DNA of 64,000 nt from a bacterium (GTDB taxonomy: Bacteria; UBP15; UBA6099; JAJRTR01), in the NCBI GenBank assembly GCA_024278215.1, contig JAJRTR010000174.1, forward strand, positions 23,489-87,488, in the 5' to 3' direction. Under the pieces are notes generated by a model. The model was given only the letters and a program-made list of their open reading frames with translations. It made no database searches and was not told the origin of the DNA. Shown piece after piece: positions 19,293 through 28,774 of this stretch (its first letter is position 1; each line of letters starts with the position of its first letter). The position numbers and the translations under genes were made by a program.

Positions 19293-20394
19293 GTGGTATC
19301 GTCCCCCTGGTTTCTTTCAGCATCTCGATAAATGCCTGCACCCGTGTCGCTGCCTGGCCGGCACCTTGCGAATAGTCGCTTTCGAGAAACAGCGCCTTCA
19401 CGTTCATTTCGTCGAGCGCCGTCCTGAGGCGCGGCACATCGTACAGGTGCGTGTCGCAGAATTTCAATGTGTAGACTATCACCCCGTCGGGGTCCTGATG
19501 CGCGACAAGTTCTTTAACTACATCCACAGCAGTTTTCGATGCGGCCATACGCGAGCAAGGTGATTTCGTCAGATATGCTCTCGCCAGTGATCTGCAAAAC
19601 GGTTTGTCCGGTCTGGGCTCCGGAATATTCCAGAAACGGCGGCCCGGGCATACCTCGTCCATCATAACGTGCCCGCCATATTTCTCGACAAGTCGCAGGA
19701 AACCGGGGTCGTCCATCATATTGCCGTAAAGCAACAATCTTGGTCCGACGGGAAACTCCCTGTACTTTATTATCGACTCCTCCTCGTCGAGGAGTTTCAG
19801 CGCGAGCGGCGCGGGCATACGCAGAACCTGCAGCATGACTTCCATCACATAGGAACCTTTCACCTTCGGCGGTTGTCTGCGCCGCGCACCGTCATAACCT
19901 CTGAGCCGCGCACGCAAATACCTGTACAGATCCATCGCGTCAAGTAATTTTTTATCGTCTATTTCTTTTTTGAATGTCGTCTCTATCCAATTTTTAAGTT
20001 CGTCGATTTCACCTGCGAATCTCTCGATATGTTCATCACCATCTTTCTTGGGTACCTGAAGCAGGAAAACCGGTATGCCGGGCTTTCTGCTTCTGACAAT
20101 TTCGTATAGACGCCTCTGTGCGTCGCAGCCGTTTGTCAGGACGAGCGCGTCGAGGAAATCGAGCGTGCCCGATTCGAACTCATCCACCAACGACTTGATG
20201 AACGGGCAAATATTTGTGTGCATCAGAGAATCACCCAACGATGTGGGGCCGTGTGCGCCTGAAATTCTCACAGGTGTCAGTTCCGCTGCCTCGAATATTT
20301 CGAGCGGTGTGTATGTGCAGAACCAGCCTACTGCCGGTCTGCCGTAAGATTTTATCTTCTTCATTTCTTTTTCAGTAAATTGTGTTCCGGCCAT
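19276..20394 (-). CDS. 2-hydroxyacyl-CoA dehydratase family subunit (HgdA/HadB/BcrC-like)
   Basis: 'WFCTYTPLEIFEAAELTPVRI', 'ICPFIKS', 'TNGCDAQRR', 'KFCDTHLYD'. The tracked ORF extends to 20532 through a MITE copy. The Met at 20394 ('MAGTQFTEKEM') is the likely start. Confidence 0.65.
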   Translation of the reverse strand: MAGTQFTEKEMKKIKSYGRPAVGWFCTYTPLEIFEAAELTPVRISGAHGPTSLGDSLMHTNICPFIKSLVDEFESGTLDFLDALVLTNGCDAQRRLYEIVRSRKPGIPVFLLQVPKKDGDEHIERFAGEIDELKNWIETTFKKEIDDKKLLDAMDLYRYLRARLRGYDGARRRQPPKVKGSYVMEVMLQVLRMPAPLALKLLDEEESIIKYREFPVGPRLLLYGNMMDDPGFLRLVEKYGGHVMMDEVCPGRRFWNIPEPRPDKPFCRSLARAYLTKSPCSRMAASKTAVDVVKELVAHQDPDGVIVYTLKFCDTHLYDVPRLRTALDEMNVKALFLESDYSQGAGQAATRVQAFIEMLKETRGTIPRDNTN

Positions 20395-20412
20395 CTTGTC
20401 CTCGCTTCCTAT

Positions 20413-20596
20413 AGAGAGCCAATTGCAAAATTTCGATTCGGCTGCGGTCGGCTGCAATTGTCCATAGCCGCGTTGTCGGCACAAAATCATCCTCAACGTA
20501 CTCGGCGAGTTCGCCTGCGGGGGATTTTGCACCTCCGCCTTGCTTCTGAAAAATTTCGTTCGGCCTCGCTACGAACATAATTTTGCAATTGGCTCT
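20413..20596 (-). repeat. MITE-like repeat family 1, full copy in inverted orientation
   Basis: The reverse complement aligns end to end with 14868-15047 and 45760-45940, including both terminal inverted repeats. Confidence 0.7.
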
Positions 20597-20635
20597 AAAG
20601 TATTTTCTGCATATTATAGCAACTCCGAGTGAAAT

Positions 20636-21517
20636 TTACTTTGCGTGCCTGCTCTTATCCCTGCTGACATCCGTGACCAGCATTGCCGCGAAAATAAGAA
20701 TTCCGCCGGCGGCGATGCGCACAGTAATTATTTCACCAAGATAGATACAGGCGACTACAGCGGCGAAAACCGGCTCTGTTGCATATATCATCGCAGCCTT
20801 GACCTCGCTGATATATTTCTGGTATTGCGCCTGCACCGTGAGCACATAAGCGCTCCCGAAAACTGCGCAGAATATGATGCTGCGCCACACAGCTGGGTTT
20901 TCAGGCACCGATATGTTGCCGTTGACGACAAGACCGGCGGCACAGGATACGACGCCAACCGTCAGCAACTGTACAATCGAAAACAGCGCCGCGTCGATAT
21001 GATTTATCATTCGTCCCACCATCAGGATGTGCGCCGCAAATGTGAACGCGCATAACAACGCCCACAAATCGCCCCGGTTTACTGAATATCCATCTTTGAG
21101 TGTGAGCAGTCCGAGGCCGATGAAGGCCGCAATTATCGAAAGTATCTGAATGAGGCCCGGCAGCTTCCTGTCGATAAAAGCAACATATATGGGAACTATA
21201 ACAACGCATAAACCTGTGATGAATGCCGCGTTGGAGGCAGTCGTATATTTTATTCCGATTGTCTGAAAGATAAATGATATGCCGAGCACATAACCGATTA
21301 TTACACCCTTTTTGATGATCTCAAGGTTAATATCGGAAAAGCGCCGAAAAAATATAACGAACAGAATCAGCACTGCAATAAAAAACCTGAAAGCAATGAA
21401 AGAAAAGGCATCAATAGTCTCTAATGATTCCTTGATTAAGACGAATGTTACGCCCCAGAAGAATACTCCGATCAGAAGGAGTATTGTCGGAGCGCATTGG
21501 TTTTTCGGTTTATTCAT
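20636..21517 (-). CDS. EamA/DMT-superfamily transporter
   Basis: 293 aa with 10 predicted TM helices and the duplicated EamA-domain pattern. Confidence 0.7.
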   Translation of the reverse strand: MNKPKNQCAPTILLLIGVFFWGVTFVLIKESLETIDAFSFIAFRFFIAVLILFVIFFRRFSDINLEIIKKGVIIGYVLGISFIFQTIGIKYTTASNAAFITGLCVVIVPIYVAFIDRKLPGLIQILSIIAAFIGLGLLTLKDGYSVNRGDLWALLCAFTFAAHILMVGRMINHIDAALFSIVQLLTVGVVSCAAGLVVNGNISVPENPAVWRSIIFCAVFGSAYVLTVQAQYQKYISEVKAAMIYATEPVFAAVVACIYLGEIITVRIAAGGILIFAAMLVTDVSRDKSRHAK

Positions 21518-21558
21518 ATTTTTAATAGCATCATCATCTGTGTTGATCGAGAAGAATT

Positions 21559-21592
21559 TCAGCCCGCATTGATGAGATATGCGGGCTTTTCC
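21559..21592 (+). terminator. Possible intrinsic terminator hairpin
   Basis: 'agcccgcattgatgagatatgcgggct' stem-loop followed by TTTTCCCC. Confidence 0.25.
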
Positions 21593-21795
21593 CCCTCGGC
21601 ACAGGAAAGCTTTTCGTGAAGCTTTTCTTGATGAGATACTGGAAGAAATAGTCGTTTCGAGCCGTGGCCGTCGAAATCCGAGGGGGTATTAAACGAAAGA
21701 TGATCAATTGGCCGGTACGTCCAAAGCCTGTTGGCCCAACGCTACGAATCGAGTACAAGTGCAACATATTGATTCTTAACTAAGCAGTATTGGGG

Positions 21796-22431
21796 CTAAA
21801 TATCCTTCACCAGCGCTTCTTCATCGCAGTCTGGGAAATGTACGCATCGCACACATTCGAACCACACTTTTTTCGGCAGATCGTTCACGTCGACACGATA
21901 GAAGCCCAGCTTCTCGAAAAAACCCGCCTGAAACGTCAACGTAAATAATCGTGTTATGCCCAGTTTTTTCGCCTCGCGAGTAGCCTTCCCGACAAGCATC
22001 GTGCCGTATCCGTTTTTCGCATGTTTCGGATAGACAGCAAGTGATTTTACCTCCGCAAGGTTGTCCCAGCAGACATGCAGACTGCCGCACGCAACTATGC
22101 GGTCGTCTTTTTCTATTACGGAGAAGTCTCTGATGTTTTCGTATATCTCATTTAGCGAACGCGGCAACATTTCTTCTCGTTTCGCATAAAACATTACAAG
22201 CTTCTGTATGTCGGTGGCGTCTTTCATCTCGGCCTTGCGCATTACTGCTTTACTACTGTTCTTCACTTTTTTCTTCGTCGCTGCTTTCTTCGCCGTCTGT
22301 TTTCTCTTTGTGGATTTTGCCTTTACCGAGGAGGACTTTGATGAGCGTTTCCGAGAGTCCGGGTTGCTGCTTGCTTTCTCCGTTTTTGCTTTCTTCGCCG
22401 GTGTTGTCATTTTCTTTTTTATCTGTACCAT
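21796..22431 (-). CDS. GNAT N-acetyltransferase (ArgA-short-form-like) with a Lys/Ser-rich histone-H1-like N-terminal extension
   Basis: GNAT core 'IVACGSLHVCWDNLAEVKSLAVYPKHAKNGYGTMLV'. The N-terminal ~65 aa are K/S/A-rich. Internal Mets at 22242 and 22227 would give a conventional ~148-aa GNAT. Confidence 0.55.
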   Translation of the reverse strand: MVQIKKKMTTPAKKAKTEKASSNPDSRKRSSKSSSVKAKSTKRKQTAKKAATKKKVKNSSKAVMRKAEMKDATDIQKLVMFYAKREEMLPRSLNEIYENIRDFSVIEKDDRIVACGSLHVCWDNLAEVKSLAVYPKHAKNGYGTMLVGKATREAKKLGITRLFTLTFQAGFFEKLGFYRVDVNDLPKKVWFECVRCVHFPDCDEEALVKDI

Positions 22432-23281
22432 TTTTTTCTATCTCCGGTTGCTGCGTTTTTGCAGGCGACTGTACGACTGGGGGTTTCGGACCCGCTATTT
22501 TAAACTCTTCGTCACTGTCTCCCCGCCTGAATCTATCAAGCCCCAGCGCCGCCGACGCATCAAACGGACTTCTCCCCACCCTGTTTTTCATTTCATATAA
22601 AGTGTATAGCGTGTCCGCACAAAAGTTAATAGTTCGGTTGATGACGTCCTGTGTCTGTCTTTCAATCTGCCGGTATGTCGCACCATCCCGATATGCCTTA
22701 TAAATAACATCCGCCGTTTTTGACGAATGCTCGAGCTCCGAGCTGATACGTTTCGGAAACGAACTGATCAGCTTGCGCGTAACATAAAAATATCTGTAGC
22801 GACCGATGTTCTGCTCCGCGTCGTCCAGAAAGAAAATCCTGTTTGCGGAAATTCCGATAAAACGGAACGCTGATGATTGCGGCAACGGTTCGAGAAGGTC
22901 CGAGGCGGAGCGCACAAGTTTTCCGGCCTCGTAGGCAGTTGTCCTGTCGCCTGGCTTTCGTTCCATAAGAAACTGGACACGCTTATAGTTGAAGTAGAAT
23001 CTTTCGATGCCGAGATTCCTGAGATAATCGACACTGAAATCGTCTTTCTGTTCAAGTGCTCTGTCGAACAGTTCTTTCTCGTCGGTCACGCCTTTCAGGA
23101 AGTCGCGCTTATTCTCGTTCAGGAAATCTTTTAAAGCTGCCGGCAACAGAACGATGGTCTCCTCCGCAATCCGTTCATGCACCGGCAGAGTCCATGCAAA
23201 ACAATCTGAAGCCTTAAAACATACAAACACCGCAAGGAAAAACAACAGTGCGCCAAGTCTGAAACACTTGCTTGTGCGCAA
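22253..23281 (-). CDS. Secreted hypothetical protein with acidic/lysine-rich C-terminal tail
   Basis: Signal-peptide-like 'MRTSKCFRLGALLFFLAVFVCFKASDCFA'. Low-complexity E/K/S tail. The 3' 179 bp overlap the GNAT ORF's K-rich N-terminus in another frame. Confidence 0.45.
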   Translation of the reverse strand: MRTSKCFRLGALLFFLAVFVCFKASDCFAWTLPVHERIAEETIVLLPAALKDFLNENKRDFLKGVTDEKELFDRALEQKDDFSVDYLRNLGIERFYFNYKRVQFLMERKPGDRTTAYEAGKLVRSASDLLEPLPQSSAFRFIGISANRIFFLDDAEQNIGRYRYFYVTRKLISSFPKRISSELEHSSKTADVIYKAYRDGATYRQIERQTQDVINRTINFCADTLYTLYEMKNRVGRSPFDASAALGLDRFRRGDSDEEFKIAGPKPPVVQSPAKTQQPEIEKNGTDKKENDNTGEESKNGESKQQPGLSETLIKVLLGKGKIHKEKTDGEESSDEEKSEEQ

Positions 23282-23339
23282 GTTGAAATCACCAGTTGAA
23301 ATACTTGACGAAAAAACAGTTGTCGATGGAGAATGAGGT

Positions 23340-23642
23340 TCATTTTGACTTCAACTGCGCTTCCAGTTCGGCAATGCGCCGATTCGCGGCCTCAAGCTCG
23401 CGCTTGAGTCTGATAATCTCCTTGACGCCTGCGAGATTCACACCATCCTCTCGGGTAAGCTTCCTTATTTCTCTCACATCGTCGAGATCGCGCAGGGAAT
23501 AGAGTCTCTGCTGCGTATCGGTTCGCTTAGGCTGAATTAGTCCTTTGCGCTCATACATTCTGAGCGTCTGCGGGTGTGCTCCGAGCAGCTCGGATGCCAC
23601 CGAAATCACATAAACAGCCTCTTCATACAAGTGGAGTTCCAT
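23340..23642 (-). CDS. MerR-family transcriptional regulator (HspR-like)
   Basis: HTH '[39 protein letters not shown]' followed by a coiled-coil '[22 protein letters not shown]'. Confidence 0.75.
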   Translation of the reverse strand: MELHLYEEAVYVISVASELLGAHPQTLRMYERKGLIQPKRTDTQQRLYSLRDLDDVREIRKLTREDGVNLAGVKEIIRLKRELEAANRRIAELEAQLKSK

Positions 23643-23672
23643 AAAATATCCTGAAAGTTATACTTAGAATAA

Positions 23673-23876
23673 TTATCCGGAAATGCTTTTCACAAACGGC
23701 ACACCCCATCGGAATACCCATATCCAGATCAGCGCAATCAGCGCTATGCCGACAACAGACAGGGCGATCATCTTCCAGTCGTCGCCGCCCGACGCATCAT
23801 CCGCGGGTATCTCATGCACCAGTCCGCACTTCTCACAAACCTTTTTTTCAATCATCATGGTCTCCCGCTCCGCCAT
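23673..23876 (-). CDS. Small zinc-ribbon membrane protein (possible anti-sigma-like)
   Basis: 'KKVCEKCGLVHE' followed by a single TM 'IALSVVGIALIALIWIWVF'. Start taken at the internal Met (the tracked ORF extends to 24020). Confidence 0.35.
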   Translation of the reverse strand: MAERETMMIEKKVCEKCGLVHEIPADDASGGDDWKMIALSVVGIALIALIWIWVFRWGVPFVKSISG

Positions 23877-24146
23877 AACAGCATTGGACTCAAGCTTTTG
23901 TAAATAATATACTGAATTTATGCGTTTTTGTAAATGGTAATTGTATTTCCGGGAACATCCGGAATTAAATGGCAAATTCCGGTCATGTCCCAGAAGTTTA
24001 CAGGTAATATTGAAAAACATATAAGATCAGATAATTTTACAATCGGCTCTCCTGATAGATATTTTACCAGTTTACTTGACAAAAAGAGTAATACATTTAA
24101 AATACCAGTAAAACGATAAAGTTTATGATAGACATGGGTTTAGTCT

Positions 24147-24632
24147 ATGAAGATCAACACACGTGCAAGGTACGCGCTAAGACTCATGATTGACATGGCG
24201 CTGAATACGACTCCGGATAAACCTCTCAATCTCAAGGATATATCAGAGAGGCAGGGTATATCTAAAAGGTATCTAGGCCAGATTATCGTTTCACTCAGGA
24301 ACAATTCACTTGTAAAGGGAATGCCGGGTAAGAGTGGCGGTTACATTCTGGCACGCAAACCCGAGGAAATAACTATCAGGAGAATATTTGAGGCTGCTCT
24401 AGGCCCGATAAATATGGTCGATTGCGTTATGAATCCTGAAAGTTGCATCAAGTCGGATTATTGCGAATGCAGGCCTGTGTATGAGTTGATAAACAGCAGG
24501 GTAACGGAGTCGCTGAGTGAATTCACACTCGCGGACCTCGCGCTCGCGTCGAAAAATGCCGGGCACAGAGCGATTCAGGATGATGCACAGGTTGATTTCG
24601 GAATAGACCTGTGCAGTTCACCCGGCAAATAG
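24147..24632 (+). CDS. Rrf2-family (IscR-like) transcriptional regulator
   Basis: 'RARYALRLMIDMA', HTH 'LKDISERQGISKRYLGQIIVSLRNNSLV', Cys ligands 'CVMNPESCIKSDYCECR'. Immediately upstream of dsrMK. Confidence 0.8.
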   Translation: MKINTRARYALRLMIDMALNTTPDKPLNLKDISERQGISKRYLGQIIVSLRNNSLVKGMPGKSGGYILARKPEEITIRRIFEAALGPINMVDCVMNPESCIKSDYCECRPVYELINSRVTESLSEFTLADLALASKNAGHRAIQDDAQVDFGIDLCSSPGK

Positions 24633-24732
24633 ACTGTAGGCGACATATTTATACTTTCATGCCGGTTTGTTCATGGAACCGGATCAGGTGAATTTTTAAA
24701 TAAATGGAAAAATCAAATTAAGACAGGAGGCT

Positions 24733-25677
24733 TTGATGGGACCTATACTGCACCTATTGACCTACGTATGTATGATCGTTTTTGTTGTGGCGGTTGTGCA
24801 TAAATTCAACGAGTACAACAAAATGCCGATGCATCTGCGATGGGAACTCTACCCGGTTGCCCACGAGGGGAAGAAGGCGAGCTATGGCGGTTCGTATTTT
24901 GAAGAAGTCGACTGGTGGGAAAAAGAACGCACCGTAGACATGGGTACGGAAATGAAGCAGATGTCGCAGGAGATTTTATTTCTTGCCGCCGTGAAGGAAC
25001 ACAACCCGAAACTGTGGCTTCGGACATTTCCGTTTCATTTCGGCATGTACAGCCTGATCGGTTTTCTTATGCTTCTTATAGCGGGGGCGCTGCTGGGTGT
25101 GGCCGGTGTCGATATGAGCGGAGGCGGCTTCGGAACTGTGGTGGGCACACTGACAGCCATCGCAGGCTTTGCAGGCGCTGTGCTCGGCGCAATCGGTGCG
25201 CTCGGACTGATCGCGCGCAGGCTTTTCGACGAAGACCTCAAGGACTTCACAAAACCGTCGGATATTTTCAACCTTGTTTTCCTGCTGTCGGTTTTCCTGC
25301 TTATGGCGGCAACAGGAGCGTCCGATCCCTATTTCACCGGACTTCGCGAATATGTTCAGAGTATTATCACTTTCAATATAAACTACGTTCCGTCGAACCC
25401 GGCTGCTGTCGGAGCGATCGCGCTGGCATCGCTTGTGGTCGCATACATTCCTCTCACGCACATGGCGCACTTTGTCGTTAAATATTTCACCTACCACAAC
25501 ATCCGATGGGACGACAGGCCCAACGTGCCCGGTAAGGACCCGATGGGCGATCAGATTGCCGAAGTTCTTCAGTATGAAATAACATGGGCTGCGAGCCACA
25601 TAAACCCAAACGGCACGAAGAAGACCTGGGCCGAAGCAGCCACGGAAAATCCAGAAGAGTTAAAGGAGAGCAAATAA
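24733..25677 (+). CDS. dsrM: DsrM-like NarI-type membrane cytochrome b
   Basis: 314 aa, 5-6 TM with conserved His ('VVHKF', 'PLTHMAHFVVKYFTYH'). Directly precedes dsrK with a 1-nt gap. Confidence 0.65.
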   Translation: MMGPILHLLTYVCMIVFVVAVVHKFNEYNKMPMHLRWELYPVAHEGKKASYGGSYFEEVDWWEKERTVDMGTEMKQMSQEILFLAAVKEHNPKLWLRTFPFHFGMYSLIGFLMLLIAGALLGVAGVDMSGGGFGTVVGTLTAIAGFAGAVLGAIGALGLIARRLFDEDLKDFTKPSDIFNLVFLLSVFLLMAATGASDPYFTGLREYVQSIITFNINYVPSNPAAVGAIALASLVVAYIPLTHMAHFVVKYFTYHNIRWDDRPNVPGKDPMGDQIAEVLQYEITWAASHINPNGTKKTWAEAATENPEELKESK

Positions 25678-25678
25678 C

Positions 25679-27298
25679 ATGGCAAAACCCAAAGACACTA
25701 AACTTTCGCTGAACGATTTTGGGAAACCATGTGACCGCCTTGCGCACATGAACCCTGAAAACCTGATGCCTATGTCCAGGCCGCTCGACTGCCGGGAGCC
25801 CGAGTGGAGTCCTCTCAAGGAGGAGACAAAAGAAAAGTACATGGCATCTCTCGACGACACTCTTGTGCTGAATATTCCCAGACCTCAGAGCAAACGAGAA
25901 GAGCAGGAACTTGTCAGAAAATTTCTTTCCGGTGTGGAAAAGTTGTTTCAGAAGAACAATAACTGGACGTTCCTCCAGCCGCTGGTTTCTACGGTCGAGC
26001 ACTGTGCAAAATGCCAGACATGCAGCGATTCGTGCCATATTTATGAATCGAGCGGAAAGCATGATATGTACCGGCCTACATACCGCTCGGAGATATTCAG
26101 GCGCATCTACCAGGATTACATTCATCCTTCGGGCAGGTACCACAAAACGTGGAAAAACGGTGGTGAGATAAAACTAAGCTGGCTGACGGTGGCCCGTCTG
26201 GGCGAACTCTCCTACAGGTGTAATATATGCCGGCGTTGCGCCCAGTCGTGTCCGATCGGCGCGGATAATTCCGTAGTGGCGCGTGAGATTCGCAAAGTTT
26301 TCAGTCAGGAACTCGGCATCCATACCGTCGAACTGCACGACAACGGCTCGATGCTTCAGCTCAAGGTCGGCTATTCCACGGGAATGAATCCTGAGATCGT
26401 GAAAGACAATATCGAGTTTATCGACGAAGACATGAGCGAAAAAACAGGTATGAAACTCGAGACGCCATGGGATAAGAAAGGTGCCGACATCCTGCTGATC
26501 CACAATGCGGGCGAGATAATGGCATGGCCTGAAAACATAGGCGCGTTCACGGCTATATTCCAGAGCGCAGGCCTCAACTGGACGATGTCCAGTGAAGCGC
26601 TCGGCTACGACAACATCAACTACGGACTCTTCTACGACGACGTGCAGTTTGCGCGTGTAGTGATCAAGCATTTCCAGTGTGCGCAGAAGCTGGGTGTGAG
26701 GAAGATAGTTTTCGGCGAGTGTGGACACGCGACAAAGGCGGCGATGATTATCGCCGACCGCATTCTTACCGGCGACTTGAATATTCCGCGCGAAAGCTGC
26801 TTCCCGCTTTTGAAACAACTCGTCGAGGGCGGCTCTCTGAAGCTCGATCCTTCCAGCAATAACTTTCCGGTCACTCTGCACGATCCGTGCAATCTCGTCC
26901 GCCTGATGGGCATCGTCCAGCCGCAGCGCGACGTTATAAAAAAGATTTGCCCGAAATTCCGCGAGATGACGCCCCACGGCGTGAACAACTACTGTTGTGG
27001 CGGCGGAAGCGGGTTCGCCATCCACTCGGGGCACAACTTCGAAGAGTGGCGTTTCAAGATTTCAGGACGCAAGAAACTTTCGCAGATTCTCAATGCCTTC
27101 AGCGACTGCATCGAGCCGGAAACAAAGAAGTATGTCTGCGCCCCATGCTCGAACTGCAAAGGCCAGATACGAGATATTCTCGGGCATTACAATCTCTGGA
27201 ACGATGCGGGCATCACTTATGGAGGGCTCGTCGAGCTTATCGTCAACGCTATGACGGATGTGAAGCCGAACTATATCGACTGGGACGAAATCATCTGA
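25679..27298 (+). CDS. dsrK: DsrK-like iron-sulfur CCG-domain protein (HdrD-like)
   Basis: Two ferredoxin motifs 'CAKCQTCSDSC' and 'CNICRRCAQSCP'. CCG-domain cysteines 'PCN...YCCGGGSG' and 'CAPCSNCKG'. Confidence 0.8.
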   Translation: MAKPKDTKLSLNDFGKPCDRLAHMNPENLMPMSRPLDCREPEWSPLKEETKEKYMASLDDTLVLNIPRPQSKREEQELVRKFLSGVEKLFQKNNNWTFLQPLVSTVEHCAKCQTCSDSCHIYESSGKHDMYRPTYRSEIFRRIYQDYIHPSGRYHKTWKNGGEIKLSWLTVARLGELSYRCNICRRCAQSCPIGADNSVVAREIRKVFSQELGIHTVELHDNGSMLQLKVGYSTGMNPEIVKDNIEFIDEDMSEKTGMKLETPWDKKGADILLIHNAGEIMAWPENIGAFTAIFQSAGLNWTMSSEALGYDNINYGLFYDDVQFARVVIKHFQCAQKLGVRKIVFGECGHATKAAMIIADRILTGDLNIPRESCFPLLKQLVEGGSLKLDPSSNNFPVTLHDPCNLVRLMGIVQPQRDVIKKICPKFREMTPHGVNNYCCGGGSGFAIHSGHNFEEWRFKISGRKKLSQILNAFSDCIEPETKKYVCAPCSNCKGQIRDILGHYNLWNDAGITYGGLVELIVNAMTDVKPNYIDWDEII

Positions 27299-27319
27299 AT
27301 CGGTCGATTGTAATGTTAT

Positions 27320-28774
27320 GTGAAGGAGAAGCATGTGATTCCCGAGCAGGTCGACAACTGGATTCGCGAGGAGATTTTCGACCGTGTACCCGTCAGTATA
27401 TGCGTGATTGACAGGGACTTCGGAATAGTCAAAGCGAACGAATATTTCCGTCGCAAATTCGGCAGGATACGGGGCAGGCGTTGTTACGAGGCTTACAAGG
27501 GTAACGACGCCCCCTGCGACGACTGCCGGGCGATGAAAACATTCAGCGACGGCGAAGTGCGCGTAACTCAGGAACTGGGCATAGACCGCGACGGGAATCA
27601 TATTCTATACGTTGTCAGGCTCGCGCCGCTCGTCGAGAAAGACGGCTCGATCCCCTATATCATCGAGATGGCCACGGATATTACCGAAGTTAAATTTCTC
27701 CAGAACCAGCTCCGCGAAAAACAGGAACGCTACCGGCTGCTGTTCGACGAAGTTCCATGTTACATAACGATACAGGACCGCGATTTCAAACTTCTCGAAA
27801 CGAACCGGATGTTTAAAGATCATTTCGGAGACCACAAGGGAGAACACTGCTACGAAGTCTACAAACAACGCACAGAACAATGCTACCCCTGCCCCGTTGC
27901 GCAGACGTTCGAGGACGGGAAAGTTAATCGCAGTGAGATGGTGGTAACGTCTAAAGCAGGCGACACTATAAATGTTGTGTCGTACACAGCACCTATCAGG
28001 GACGCGGCCGGCGACATCATGGCCGTCATGGAAATGTCGACGGACATCACGCAGATACGGCAGTTGCAATCCCAGTTGACCAGTCTCGGCCTGCTCATCG
28101 GATCGATATCTCATGGGATAAAGGGCCTGCTCATGGGGCTCGACGGCGGCATCTATGCGATGGAAACGGGTTTTGAAAAGAACGACCAGCAAAAAATCGC
28201 CAAGGGCTGGGAAATGGTGAAGCGCAATGTCGGTCGTGTGCGCAGCATGGTTCTCGACATCCTTTATTATGCGAAAGAGAGGGCATCTGTTCCTGAAACG
28301 ATAGAAGCGCACGTGCTTGCCGGGGAAGTCGCGGAGATCATGCGGCCCAAAGCTACTACATTCAATATCGTTTTCAACACCGACATTCATGATATCTCCG
28401 GAGATATGGAAGTCGACTACAAGGCGGTTCGCTCGATGCTCGTCAATATTATTGAAAATGCTTTCGAAGCTTGCAGAGTCGACAAGGAGAAAACCATACA
28501 CAAAGTCGATTTCATTTTGCGTGAATCTGGCAATGATGTGGTTTTTGAAATAGTCGACGACGGTATCGGTATGGACAGGGACACAAGGAATAAGATATTC
28601 ACATTGTTCTTTTCGACAAAAGGGACTTCGGGAACCGGACTTGGCCTCTTTATTTCCAATAAGATCGCGCGTGATCATGGAGGAAGCATCGAGGTCGAGT
28701 CGACACTCGGCAAAGGCTCAAAGTTCACAATAAGACTGCCGAGGGATATGCCCTCCGCAGTATCTTACGACTGA
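27320..28774 (+). CDS. Sensor histidine kinase with two tandem 4-Cys PAS domains
   Basis: PAS1 Cys set 'SICVIDRD ... RRCYEAYKGNDAPCDDC'. PAS2 Cys set 'PCYITIQDRD ... HCYEVYKQRTEQCYPC'. H-box 'SISHGIKGLLMGL'. HATPase_c 'DDGIGMD', 'GTGLGLFISNKIARDHGGSIEV'. Starts 21 nt after dsrK. Confidence 0.8.
   Translation: MKEKHVIPEQVDNWIREEIFDRVPVSICVIDRDFGIVKANEYFRRKFGRIRGRRCYEAYKGNDAPCDDCRAMKTFSDGEVRVTQELGIDRDGNHILYVVRLAPLVEKDGSIPYIIEMATDITEVKFLQNQLREKQERYRLLFDEVPCYITIQDRDFKLLETNRMFKDHFGDHKGEHCYEVYKQRTEQCYPCPVAQTFEDGKVNRSEMVVTSKAGDTINVVSYTAPIRDAAGDIMAVMEMSTDITQIRQLQSQLTSLGLLIGSISHGIKGLLMGLDGGIYAMETGFEKNDQQKIAKGWEMVKRNVGRVRSMVLDILYYAKERASVPETIEAHVLAGEVAEIMRPKATTFNIVFNTDIHDISGDMEVDYKAVRSMLVNIIENAFEACRVDKEKTIHKVDFILRESGNDVVFEIVDDGIGMDRDTRNKIFTLFFSTKGTSGTGLGLFISNKIARDHGGSIEVESTLGKGSKFTIRLPRDMPSAVSYD

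Noticed and set aside
19276-20532. Tracked 418-aa version of the HgdA-like gene starting at 20532
   Set aside because: The extra 46 N-terminal codons read straight through an inverted MITE copy (20413-20596) and encode no conserved residues. The Met at 20394 with conserved downstream sequence is the credible start.
21590-21795. Possible structured ncRNA (SRP/6S-like stems) in the 280-bp gap between the transporter and the GNAT gene
   Set aside because: Some local stems ('ggccggtacgtccaaagcctgttggcc'), but no conserved SRP, 6S, RNase P or tRNA signatures could be recognised by eye.
27320-27411. Possibility that the 4-Cys PAS kinase is fused in-frame with dsrK
   Set aside because: dsrK ends with TGA at 27296-27298. 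The kinase is in a different frame, starts 21 nt later, and has its own ATG.
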